A DNA stretch of 14,189 nucleotides from Octopus sinensis (lineage: Eukaryota), in NCBI RefSeq assembly GCF_006345805.1, contig NW_021825866.1, positions 1 through 14,189 on the forward strand, in the 5' to 3' direction. Position numbers and translations under genes: made by a program. Each line of letters begins with the position of its first letter. Positions within the stretch are counted from its first letter, which is position 1. Shown here piece after piece: positions 1 through 8,833 of the stretch. Under the pieces are notes generated by a model that saw only the letters and a list, made by a program, of their open reading frames with translations, did no database searches and was not told the origin of the DNA.

Positions 1-428
1 TTGCCAGTGAAGTCTTTCGTTGGAGAGAAATATTCTACGTAAAGGGTATCAAGCTTGCAGCCCGCAGACTGGATCCTTCTCGTCATAATATTTAGTCATG
101 TTTTATAAGCAAAAATTATTATTTTCTCATTATGAAATATAATGTAGAATCAACTCAATATAGGCAACGGAAATAGTCTCAGATTAAAATACCGGTGTGT
201 ATAAGATTTACAGTGTAACATGGAAGGGTTCTTGGTGTAATATTTTCTCTCTGAGAAAATTTCACCTAGGGACCTCTGAGTTGAAAACTCAGGGTTTCGC
301 CCAGAAGAATAAAGGTGGATCGACAGGCACGGCGTTTCGGCTTGGTTTGGTCTTCTCAGTGACGAATATCAGAGAGTTTCTGAGCTAAGCCAAAGAAACG
401 CTTGTTTCAGTATAGAACCCAATAAACA

Positions 429-510
429 GGCGCCAGCGTGACTGTGTGGTAAAAAGCTTGCCTCCCAACCAATGGATTTCGGTTCAGTGTGTGTCTTTGT
501 GTCTGCGTTT
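429..510 (+). mobile_element. SINE-A head fragment with the core deleted
   Basis: ggcgccagcgtgactgtgtggtaaaaagcttgcctcccaacc...ggttcagt jumps directly to gtgtgtctttgtgtct (compare 12766-12783). Confidence 0.7.
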
Positions 511-635
511 GGCCATGCAGTATTTCAGCTGCAAGACAATTGGTCATCTCAAGAGCTATATTCGTTCATCTGGACGTTTACTGTCTATGCTCTTACTCCT
601 CTAAGAGTACTTTCTAAATACAATTGTATATATGC

Positions 636-810
636 GCTAGGGCACCGCCTGGAAGGGGGGGTGTCAAACAAATCGACCCAGGAATTTTTTTAAGCCTTGT
701 TCTTACTTATTCTACTGATCTTTTGCTGAACCGCTAAGTTACGGGAACGTAAACACTAAACACCGGTTGTCAAGCGATGATGGCGGACAAACACAGAAAC
801 ACACTCACAC
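636..810 (-). mobile_element. SINE-A 3' half lacking the terminal hairpin
   Basis: gggcaccgcc...aaatcgacccagga...gaaccgctaagttacgggaacgtaaacac...accggttgtcaagcgatg...gacaaacacag is the reverse complement of the 12770-12915 type sequence. Confidence 0.85.
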
Positions 811-1150
811 CACCTCGATGCTACTTAGACTATGGAAAATATGAACAGAAAATGAGTCAACGAAGGAGCCATTATGTAGTTACCCAAGCATTTTGAACGT
901 ATATTCATGAAGGAGAGAAAGAGAGAGAACATCGTTGAGACGAAGAGAGAGTGTATGCGCAATCACGATCTGCTAGAAATAGTTGTTAATTCTCCTTCAA
1001 ATGACACTCATCATATGTTTTGCAATCATAAAATTCTTGCAACTCACACACACACGCACACACACACACATACATACACATATGTATGCACACGCACGCA
1101 GACACATTCTTGTACAGAGAACTTTCCCACTGTTTCCATCAATCGTCAAC

Positions 1151-1210
1151 GCTGTGACTGTGGTAGACTACAATTGTTCGGACTGCAGCGAAGTGGGTTC
1201 GAATCCTGAA
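1151..1210 (+). mobile_element. Possible tRNA-derived SINE head of another family
   Basis: A perfect B-box GGTTCGAATCC at 1196-1206 has tgtggta about 35 nt upstream. No cloverleaf can be built. Confidence 0.3.
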
Positions 1211-1883
1211 TCTACTTTACTACGTTGATTGTCAATGCACTTCTGAACGATGTTACCATAACTGCAACCAGGCCCCTGGGTAATTTTTCCTCTCCAACAA
1301 TAGGAGAAAGTGAATTTAATTAGCATTTCGTATCAATGACTGATTTGCAAGTTATATTGCGATTCTCTTACTCAAGTGCACGATTTTTCCGCGGTACAAG
1401 AACACAAGAACTGATATAAACGATTACTTATTTTTTGTCTTCTATTTCTTAATTGCTTCTCTCTGGAAAACAAATTCTGCCTTTGTGACCTGGGCCTCAA
1501 TATTTCGAAGCTGACCTATTTTCCATTACATTTCAAACAGATTCAGTGCCGAGTTGCTGAAGCAGAAATATCGTTATAGCAAATATTCTGCTCAATTCCA
1601 CAGATTTACTTGTCAGTTGTTTGACCTTAAGCATTTGAGTTTGTCCCTTAATGGCTGATGGTATGTGTATCTCTGATCATAGCTATGTGTTGAGAGGGAT
1701 TCTTTGGCATTTCAATAAATATAACAAAGGCAAAGTTCAAAGGAAATATTAACCATTTTTCATACTTTCTAGGGATCAGCAAACAGAAAATATCAGTCGC
1801 TACCCAAAGGCGGCAAAAATTGTGTTAGTCAGTGTTCTATTACTTCCAACAAACTTACTCATGTCATAGACTGGAATTCTTCT

Positions 1884-2099
1884 CTAGTTTTCTAAAAGAT
1901 TTTGAGAGGTTTGGCATTTAAAGGATAAGTAGTTTGCTGGCTCAAAGGAGCATATAACGTTGCAGTAGCGGTACAAATAACCGAGAGGAGAATCTGTGAG
2001 ACTGTGAGCCTGTAGATGTAGCATATTGCTGAGTGAGCTTTTAATAGAAGTCAGAGAGCTTAGGTGAGGGTGATAGTGATGGGAGGGGGGGAGTAGATT
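1884..2099 (-). CDS. Weak candidate downstream or terminal exon NLLPPSHHYHPHLSSLTSIKSSLSNMLHLQAHSLTDSPLG...
   Basis: Acceptor tatttcAG|AAT at 2101-2100 in phase 0, compatible with the 6150 donor. About 70 codons are open in AT-rich unique DNA. The pyrimidine tract is poor and no homology is recognised. Confidence 0.2.
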   Translation of the reverse strand, partial: NLLPPSHHYHPHLSSLTSIKSSLSNMLHLQAHSLTDSPLGYLYRYCNVICSFEPANYLSFKCQTSQNLLEN

Positions 2100-2207
2100 C
2101 TGAAATATTTGTTCTGTTGATGTTAAGATTTTCAAAAGAGATATTGTTGTATGATTTAAGGCCCATCGTATTAGGACTGGAAACACTTTGTTTCGTGTGA
2201 GTACGGA

Positions 2208-2332
2208 TATATATATATACACACATATATGTATGTGTGTATGTGTGTGGGTGTGTGGGTGTTTGTGTGTGGGTGTGTGGGTGTTTGTGTGTGTATGTTT
2301 GTAGATATGCATAAGTGTATGTATTTATATAC

Positions 2333-2367
<35 letters not shown>

Positions 2368-2400
2368 AGTATTTATATGTATAAGTATGTGTGTGTGTGT
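2208..2400. repeat. Compound (TA)/(GT) microsatellite
   Basis: Read directly from the sequence. Confidence 0.95.
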
Positions 2401-2589
2401 TGTCATGCTAGTGGTTGTGTCCACATATGGCCCTATTTAAAAAATAAAGAAGTGAATTGATGAAAAAGACACCGTGTGATTATAAATAAATATGTGCAAT
2501 ATGTGGGGGTACGGGGGTGGGTTAGTGGCGAAGTGGAGGAGTGTTGAGTGTGAGTGCCAGTGAGAAGAGAACTATGTGTGTGGGTGGGG

Positions 2590-2798
2590 AGAGCTGTGAG
2601 TGAGTGTGTGAGTGTGTGTGTGTGTGTGTGTCTGTGTCTCTGTGTGTATGTGTGTGTGTGCGTGTGTGTAAAGTTAAAAGAACATTGTATTTCAATCAAC
2701 GAATCTGGTCAGATATAATTCGCGCGCGCACATATGTGTGTACATGTATATGTGTGCGTGTGTACATATATGTGTGTGCGTGTGTGTACATGTATATA

Positions 2799-2873
<75 letters not shown>

Positions 2874-2880
2874 ATATTCA
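2590..2880. repeat. (GT)n and long (TA)n microsatellite block
   Basis: Read directly; the near-pure (TA)n runs at about 2791-2878. Confidence 0.95.
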
Positions 2881-2902
2881 GCGTGTATGTGTAGATACAT
2901 AT

Positions 2903-3125
2903 CTTTTATTTGTTTGTTTCAGTCATTAGACTACGGCCATGCTGGGGCACCGCCTTGTAGAATTTCTGTCGAAACGAATCGATCCCAGGGCTTTTGTTTT
3001 CTCCCCTTCAGTCGTGTAATCGCTTTCATTTTCCGAACCACTAACTTACAGGGACGTAAAAGCACTAACGCCGGTTGTCACACGGTAATGGTGGGGGACA
3101 AGCACACACGCAAAGACACACACAC
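2903..3125 (-). mobile_element. SINE-A 3' half with an intact tail
   Basis: gtttcagtcattagactacggccatgctggggcaccgcc (2916-2954)...gaaccactaacttacagggacgtaaa...gccggttgtca...gggggacaagcacac. Confidence 0.85.
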
Positions 3126-3229
3126 GCTCACACGTGCACACACACATACGCACGCACCCACTCACCACCCCCACCACCCCACAACACACACACATATATA
3201 TATATTACCAAAACATTATATATATTAAC

Positions 3230-3284
3230 TGGCGGTGCCCACAGCATGGCCGCAGCCTCAAGGTGAAACATAAAAGAATAAAAG
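3230..3284 (+). mobile_element. Isolated LINE/SINE 3' tail (about 55 bp)
   Basis: tggcggtgcccacagcatggccgcagcctcaaggtgaaac followed by a tandem ataaaag tail. Confidence 0.75.
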
Positions 3285-3421
3285 GATCAGTTCAATTTCG
3301 CTCACAGGTTTTGGAACTTCGTATACTGGTGGAATGTCTCACGCAGAACACGGTTTACTTTGAACACTTTTGACAAAATTTGGTATTTTAGAAGTTATTT
3401 CGTGTTAAAGTTGTCGTTTTG

Positions 3422-3528
3422 GGGTAATTTCAACCAATCAACGACGTGTATTCAGTTGAACAAAGCTATTGCTGTTTGCGATAGTAATCGAAGAGGAACA
3501 ACTTCCGGGTCATCTCTACTAAATGTCA
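3422..3528 (+). repeat. Left arm of a 107-bp inverted repeat
   Basis: 101/107 identical to the reverse complement of 5939-6045 by manual alignment. Confidence 0.95.
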
Positions 3529-3832
3529 CCATTATGTTCTGTTTTATTTTCTGTTTACTGTTTACTGCATATTACACGCTTTTCGGAGTAACCAGTAAAC
3601 ATTGAAGAATCAATATCAAGAAGGAAGAAATATTATTTACATAGATTTATTCGTGTGCCCGACATTGGTGTTTTATCCACACATAAAGTGCACCGGTGTT
3701 TAAAAAAAACAAATAGATCTACGAGTCCGCAGCTAGCTTTTTTGTTGTTGACGTGTTTGTACTTTCAAAATGCCTTATCTTACAACTATGAGATGTATTG
3801 TTATTGTTATGATTTTATCTTACTATTTTCAT

Positions 3833-5690
3833 TTTTATTTTATCTTTATTTTATCTAGTTTCAGCTCACGAGCTGTGGCTATGCTGGGGCACCGCCATTT
3901 GGTGTTGCTACATGATTTTACTTCACGAATGCTTTTTAGCAATTGCCATTTAGTGCATGAGAGAGTTCGATGCAGCTGCCCTCATCTGCACCTCCTGCCG
4001 TGAAGTTGGTTCATCTGGGACACCTGACAGGAAGAGATCCAGTTTTATTTTAAAGACATCTGCATCCACCCCATGCAGGTCTCTCAGGTTCTTCGGGAGG
4101 ATATTGAAGAGCTGTGGGCCTCTGAAGCCCAGGCTATCACAGTATCTTGTCCTACATCTTGATGGCAAATTTGGAGTCCTTGGCACTATGCAGAGGCGCC
4201 CAGTTCTAGCATTTGTGTAACTCTCGATGCCAAAGTTTGGAACAAGTCCTTCTAGGATCTTCCAGATGTATATTAGGGCATATCTTTCTCGCCTACGCTC
4301 TAAGGAATAGAGTCTTAATCTCTTGAGTCTTTCCCAGTAGCTTATATGTTGCACAGAGGCTATCTTCTTTGTGTAGCTTCGTTGGATCAAGTTCTGTGAT
4401 TAACTTGACGCTGGATGGTGACCATAGCTGAGAGCAATAGTCAAAGTAGCTTAGGATAAGTGTCCTCCAGAGGACCATCATGGTTTCCTGGTCTCTTTTT
4501 CTAAAGGTTCTAAGAATCTATCCGGTCAGCCGCCTACATTTCATTGCCAATTTAGCAACATGCACATGAAAGGTTGCATCATCACTCATGTAAATACCCA
4601 GGTCTCGCACTGATTGTGCCTCTGGGATTGCAATCCCTCCAGGTCCGGTGTATTTATTGGGTATTGCATTTAGTTTTGCATGCTGATAGCATAAAGCTTG
4701 AAACTTTTCAGCATTGAACTGCATGCTATTCTTTTCAGCCCACTTGTATATTTTGTCCAGCTCATATTGCAGGTGCATAGTGTCTTCAGGGTTCTGTATT
4801 GCCTGTGAAACTTTTGTATCATCTGCATAACTTGTGGTTCTCTGCGTGGCTGAGGGCATGTCTGAGAGGGCCATTATAAACAGTAGTGGTCCCAAAACAG
4901 TGCCTTGCGGAACACCGCTCACTATTTGCGTGTTATTGGAGGTGGCCCCATTGGCTACTACCACCTGACTTCTATCCTTCAGAAAGTCATGAAGCCATTC
5001 TCCCAATTTTCCAACTATGCCAAGATCACGCAGTTTGTGACATATCATTCCATGATCGACTTTATCAAAGGCCTTTGCAAAGTCGAGATATATGACTTCC
5101 ACATTTGAGTGGTTGAGTAGTCGTTTCAGAACCCAGTCATTGTGTTGTAGGAGCTGAGTTAGGCAGCTTCTTCCTGGTCGGAAACCATGTTGGGTGTCAG
5201 GCAGCAAGTCATTTTCTTCAAGGAAGATGATTAGTTTCCTTCTGACTATTCGTTCTATGACCTTGCTGATGTGTGATTTCAGAGAGATAGGCCTGGAGTT
5301 CATGGCCTCCGCTCTGCTACCTCCTTTAGGAATAGGGCATATTTTACCTTCCTTCGGTTTTCTTGGAAGTTTGCCAGTTGCAAGGAAGCTCTGAAAGAGG
5401 AACTGCAGTGGTCTTGCTAGGACTCTCTTACATACTTTTAGAAGGATTGCTGGGAATCCATCGGGGCCAGTAGGTGAGTTTGTTTTCATTTCATCTATAG
5501 CCTTTATTACATCGTCTTCCTTTATATTGATGTAATCAATCATCGCTGCCTCTGATTTTACATCTGCAGTGGTAAAGAAGTCTGTTGGATTGCTGACTTG
5601 AAAATGCCCAAGGGGTGGAGTGAAAATACTCTTGAATTTCTCATTTAGTATTTCACTTATCCTCATTGGATAATCAACAACAAACACATT
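3833..5690 (-). mobile_element. 5'-truncated non-LTR retrotransposon (LINE, CR1/L2-group): RT, C-terminal region, 3' UTR and (ATAAA)-like tail
   Basis: The minus-strand ORFs 4518-5687, 4293-4481 and 3950-4390 form one ORF2: TGPDGFPAILLK, RPISLKSHISKVIERIV, QHGFRPGRSCLTQL, YLDFAKAFDKVDH, GVPQGTVLGPLLF, YADDTK, VRDLGIYM, LDYCSQLWSP-like, YWERLKRLRLYSLERRRERY, GPQLFNILP. The stop TAA is at 3950-3952, followed by about 110 nt of 3' UTR and an A-rich tandem tail at about 3833-3857. No endonuclease domain is present. Clade assignment is by motif recognition only. Confidence 0.95.
3950..5687 (-). pseudogene. Disrupted LINE ORF2 reverse transcriptase
   Basis: A TAG at 4518-4520 sits where Trp is expected (CRRLTG*ILRTFRKRD), and the frame continues into MMVLWRTL. 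A frameshift at about 4388 joins ITEL to IQRSYTKKIA. NSRP replaces the usual NYRP. Confidence 0.9.
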
Positions 5691-5938
5691 TCGTCAATAT
5701 AAAAGTTTTTAATTGATTAAAAATAACATTATCAAAACATGAAGATAAAATAAAACAAATAGTGGTTTATACACCGGAAAATGCGGTAACTGTAGTGGCA
5801 GTAACAACTTCGCTCGCTGGTTGCTAGTTAATAATGTAGGAAGAGGGGAAAGAGTAAGGAATGCACGGTGCTGACTAGAAAGGAAGAAAGGATAAAGGTG
5901 GCATCGTCTTCGCTCGACATACGAATAGAACAGAGTGC

Positions 5939-6045
5939 TGACATTTAGTAGAGATGACCCGGAAGTTCTTCCTCTTCGATTATTATCGCAAACAGCAGTA
6001 GCTTTCTTCAACTGAATATACTTCGTTGATTGGTTGAAATTACCC
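5939..6045 (-). repeat. Right arm of the 107-bp inverted repeat
   Basis: Reverse complement of 3422-3528 with 6 substitutions. Weaker homology continues inward (3529-3595 vs 5760-5938). Confidence 0.95.
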
Positions 6046-6062
6046 AAATACAACTTGGGTAA

Positions 6063-6149
6063 TACATACACACATACATACATACATACATACATACATA
6101 CATACATACATACATACATACATACATACATACATACATACATACATAC
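6063..6149. repeat. (TACA)n/(GTAT)n tetranucleotide microsatellite, about 21 units
   Basis: Read directly from the sequence. Confidence 0.98.
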
Positions 6150-6238
6150 CTGCTTACGGTCACCTCGATCCCATTGGTCTTGTATGTCTAAGAGAAGACT
6201 TGGTATGGCCATGGCTGAGAGCTTTCCTGCAGACAAAC
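6150..6238 (-). CDS. Probable internal coding exon (89 bp) of an unidentified host gene: (G)LSAGKLSAMAIPSLLLDIQDQWDRGDRKQ
   Basis: A pyrimidine tract of about 55 nt ends ...ctttctgttttaaatAG|G (AG at 6240-6239), and the donor is CAG|GTATGT (GT at 6149-6148). Only one of three frames is open (phase 1 in, phase 0 out). This is a non-repetitive island between microsatellites. Protein not recognised. Confidence 0.6.
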
Positions 6239-6390
6239 CTATTTAAAACAGAAAGAGAGAGAATGTGAGATAAATGACAAGAAAGAGTGAGAAGGGAGAA
6301 GGAGACAGACGTTAAGGAGAGATGTTGAGTATCTACTGAGGGAGAGGGAGAGGTAGACAGCTATATTCACAGACCGAGAGACGGACAGAC

Positions 6391-6392
<2 letters not shown>

Positions 6393-6442
<50 letters not shown>

Positions 6443-6479
6443 GCACACATTCACACGCACACACACACACACACATACA

Positions 6480-6524
<45 letters not shown>

Positions 6525-6570
6525 TTATATATATATACACACAGAGAAAGGCAGACAAAAGGACAGGCAA

Positions 6571-6635
<65 letters not shown>

Positions 6636-6678
6636 TAAGATTCATAGATTCATTCATTCAATCATTCATTCATTCATT
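6393..6678. repeat. Compound (TA)n, (CA)n, (TAGA)n, (GA)n, (TTCA)n microsatellites
   Basis: Read directly from the sequence. Confidence 0.95.
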
Positions 6679-6977
6679 GTAATCTTGATTATGGATTACT
6701 ATCGACTGTGACGGTTTAAAATTAGGAAGCATGGAACCTCATATTCACATTTTATCGTCCCTTCGCTCGGTGATTCAGATAAGTCGACAGAGCGCGGAAT
6801 TTATTGAGAGGAGGAGTTAGTAATTTGCGAAATTATCGACGATCAGCACAGAGTGAAATTGAGAAATGATCTAGTCACACATTCAAGCCATTTAACGTTA
6901 AAGTTAAAGGAAAGACAAACTACAAAGCAGTCGATTTCTTAAAGCTGAATTTTAGAGGGAAAATTCCAACCAGTCAA

Positions 6978-7160
6978 CTGACTATGATTGTGTTAAGAAG
7001 CTTGCTTCCCAACAACAGGGTTCTGGGTTCAGTCCCACTGTGTGATACCTTGGGCAGGTGTCTTCTACTATAGCCATGAATCGGTCAAAGCCTTGTGAGT
7101 GAATTTCGTATACAGAAACTGAAAGAAGCCCGTCGTTAATATAGCTATGTGTGTGTGTGA
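6978..7160 (+). mobile_element. SINE-A 5' half (head and core), ending at the internal microsatellite
   Basis: aagaagcttgcttcccaac...gggttcagtcccactg...cttctactatagcc...aaagccttgtgagtg...ctgaaagaagcccgtcgt matches 12640-12765. Confidence 0.85.
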
Positions 7161-7321
7161 GATCTAACCTGGGAGCTAAAACTTTCTTTAATATAAGTGC
7201 ATTACGTAAACTACATTAACATTCTATAAAATGAGTTACTTTCCCCATGTTCACATGAAAAATATCACTTCTAAGATATTATATTGATATTCTACTTCGA
7301 GATCAAGAGATCCGGAAATAC

Positions 7322-7364
7322 CATGATGCCGTATCTTTATATCGTCCACTCTCAATATTTCATT
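7322..7364 (-). CDS. Candidate 43-bp exon NEILRVDDIKIRHH(G)
   Basis: Acceptor ttgaccttctcgttAG|A and donor ATG|GTATTT. Phase 0 in, phase 1 out, so it joins the 6238 exon as G|GT = Gly (HHGLSAG). The splice signals are only moderate. Confidence 0.35.
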
Positions 7365-7426
7365 CTAACGAGAAGGTCAATTTCTTGAAATTAGATATGT
7401 GTATGCGAGTTTGTGGCTTTAAGCTT

Positions 7427-7560
7427 GTGTACATATATGCGTATATATACATATATATATATATGGTGTGTGTGTGTGTGTGTATGTGTGTGTATGTATA
7501 TATATAGCGGCGTTAGTACACTTTGTTCTCTTATATATATATATATATATATATATATAC
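7427..7560. repeat. Compound (TA)/(GT) microsatellite
   Basis: Read directly from the sequence. Confidence 0.9.
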
Positions 7561-8209
7561 AAGATAAGAAAATGGAGAAATACATCTAAATCAAATATCA
7601 ATTACCAGATAATACTCAATCACATACTTCATTAAACCACCACATAAGAGACTGTAGGGTTAAATATAAAAAGCAGAACAAATCAGTGTACATAAAGGAA
7701 TGTACATAAAAAAGTGTACATAAAAGTGTAATGTTGTATAATAAGTAGAATATATATAAAAGAGAATATAAATATAAGTAAATATAAATATAAGTATAAA
7801 TTACATCTTACAGCTGTTTCGGCCATGTCGATAAGTATGTCTATATATATATATATATATATAAATATATGCATGTATATATAATTGAACGCCACACACC
7901 CATTTTCAAGTAAGTTAACTTAACCTTTTTTATAGGAGTCTACTTAATACTGTTTTCTACTTCCCTTTTTCTCCCCTTCACCGTTTTCTATCTGTCTCTC
8001 TCTTCCTCCCCACTTTCTCTTTTTCTCTCTCTCTCAATGCTCACACGTGACATCGTCCACCTTTTCCTCACATGACCATCATTCTTTGCCTGAACCGACG
8101 TTCTAAGGACTGGGCGTCTTCTATCGCTCTCTTCTATTTTTTCTATTTTTCAAAGAAAACATTTCTTCCGGCGTTCACTATCTTTCCTCTCGTTCTGGTC
8201 TCATGACCC

Positions 8210-8232
8210 TTGTTGTTTGCTTCTCTCTCCTG

Positions 8233-8267
<35 letters not shown>

Positions 8268-8560
8268 TTTCGTTCTCTCCCTTCCTCTCTCTCTCTCTCT
8301 CTGTCCTTCCCTGTACATTGGTCAAACGGGAGGCCGCTTGGCTGACCGGTTCTCGGAACACTTTCGAGACATCAGACTCAGCAATAACACCTCGGTCTCG
8401 CACCACTTCTGCTCTAACAGTTTCGCTACAACATCTGTCTGTTTTCGAACTGTCTCTGCACAGGGACCACCCGGACGCCCGCCTTCGCCGTGAACAAGAA
8501 TTTATCTTCTCTCTTCTTTCCTCTGACACCAACCCCACACGGATTCCCACATTCAACTGA
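8210..8560 (+). pseudogene. Penelope-like element GIY-YIG endonuclease remnant
   Basis: CPSLYIGQTGGRLADRFSEHFRDIRLSNNTSVSHHFCSN (from 8302) shifts frame at about 8420 into SLQHLSVFELSLHRDHPDARLRREQEFIFSL. The YIG-x-T, R..R..EH and R...E..I motifs match the PLE GIY-YIG C-terminus. Confidence 0.85.
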
Positions 8561-8833
8561 CCCTCTCCACCTACACACCTATATACCGCCCACCTCCGTA
8601 CCCTCACCACACACGCACCACTATACGCACACTCATACACACTGTTCAACTCATCACTCAGTTCGTACCAATACACACCCACAACACCTTCCCACTCAAC
8701 ACACACTGGCACCAACCACTTCTCAGCACCCACACCACACACCATTATCCACGCACCCACATACAATCTTCACTAGTGTCACCACACATACCACTATACG
8801 AGAAGCCACACACACACTGCTTGCTTAACTCAG

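Noticed and set aside
1-85. Possible repeat fragment at the window edge
   Set aside because: It looks repeat-like but has no second copy or diagnostic motif within the window.
1151-1210. tRNA gene
   Set aside because: The B-box is perfect, but the T, anticodon and acceptor stems do not pair; it is at most a SINE head.
2903-3284. Bona fide MITE
   Set aside because: The apparent TIRs are retroelement 3' tails with different hairpin variants, and no TSD is seen.
3360-3605. Similar peptides in ORFs 3360-3605 and 5709-6236 suggesting paralogous genes
   Set aside because: The similarity is fully explained by the non-coding inverted repeat.
3957-5394. Plus-strand ORFs 3957-4220, 4886-5095, 4905-5108 and 5194-5394
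   Set aside because: They are antisense shadows of the LINE RT.
6222-6238. GLSAG as a GxSxG lipase/esterase nucleophile motif, or a PDZ-like pattern in the joined peptide
   Set aside because: The first Gly depends on an unproven splice, the flanking residues are atypical, and the match is too short to call.
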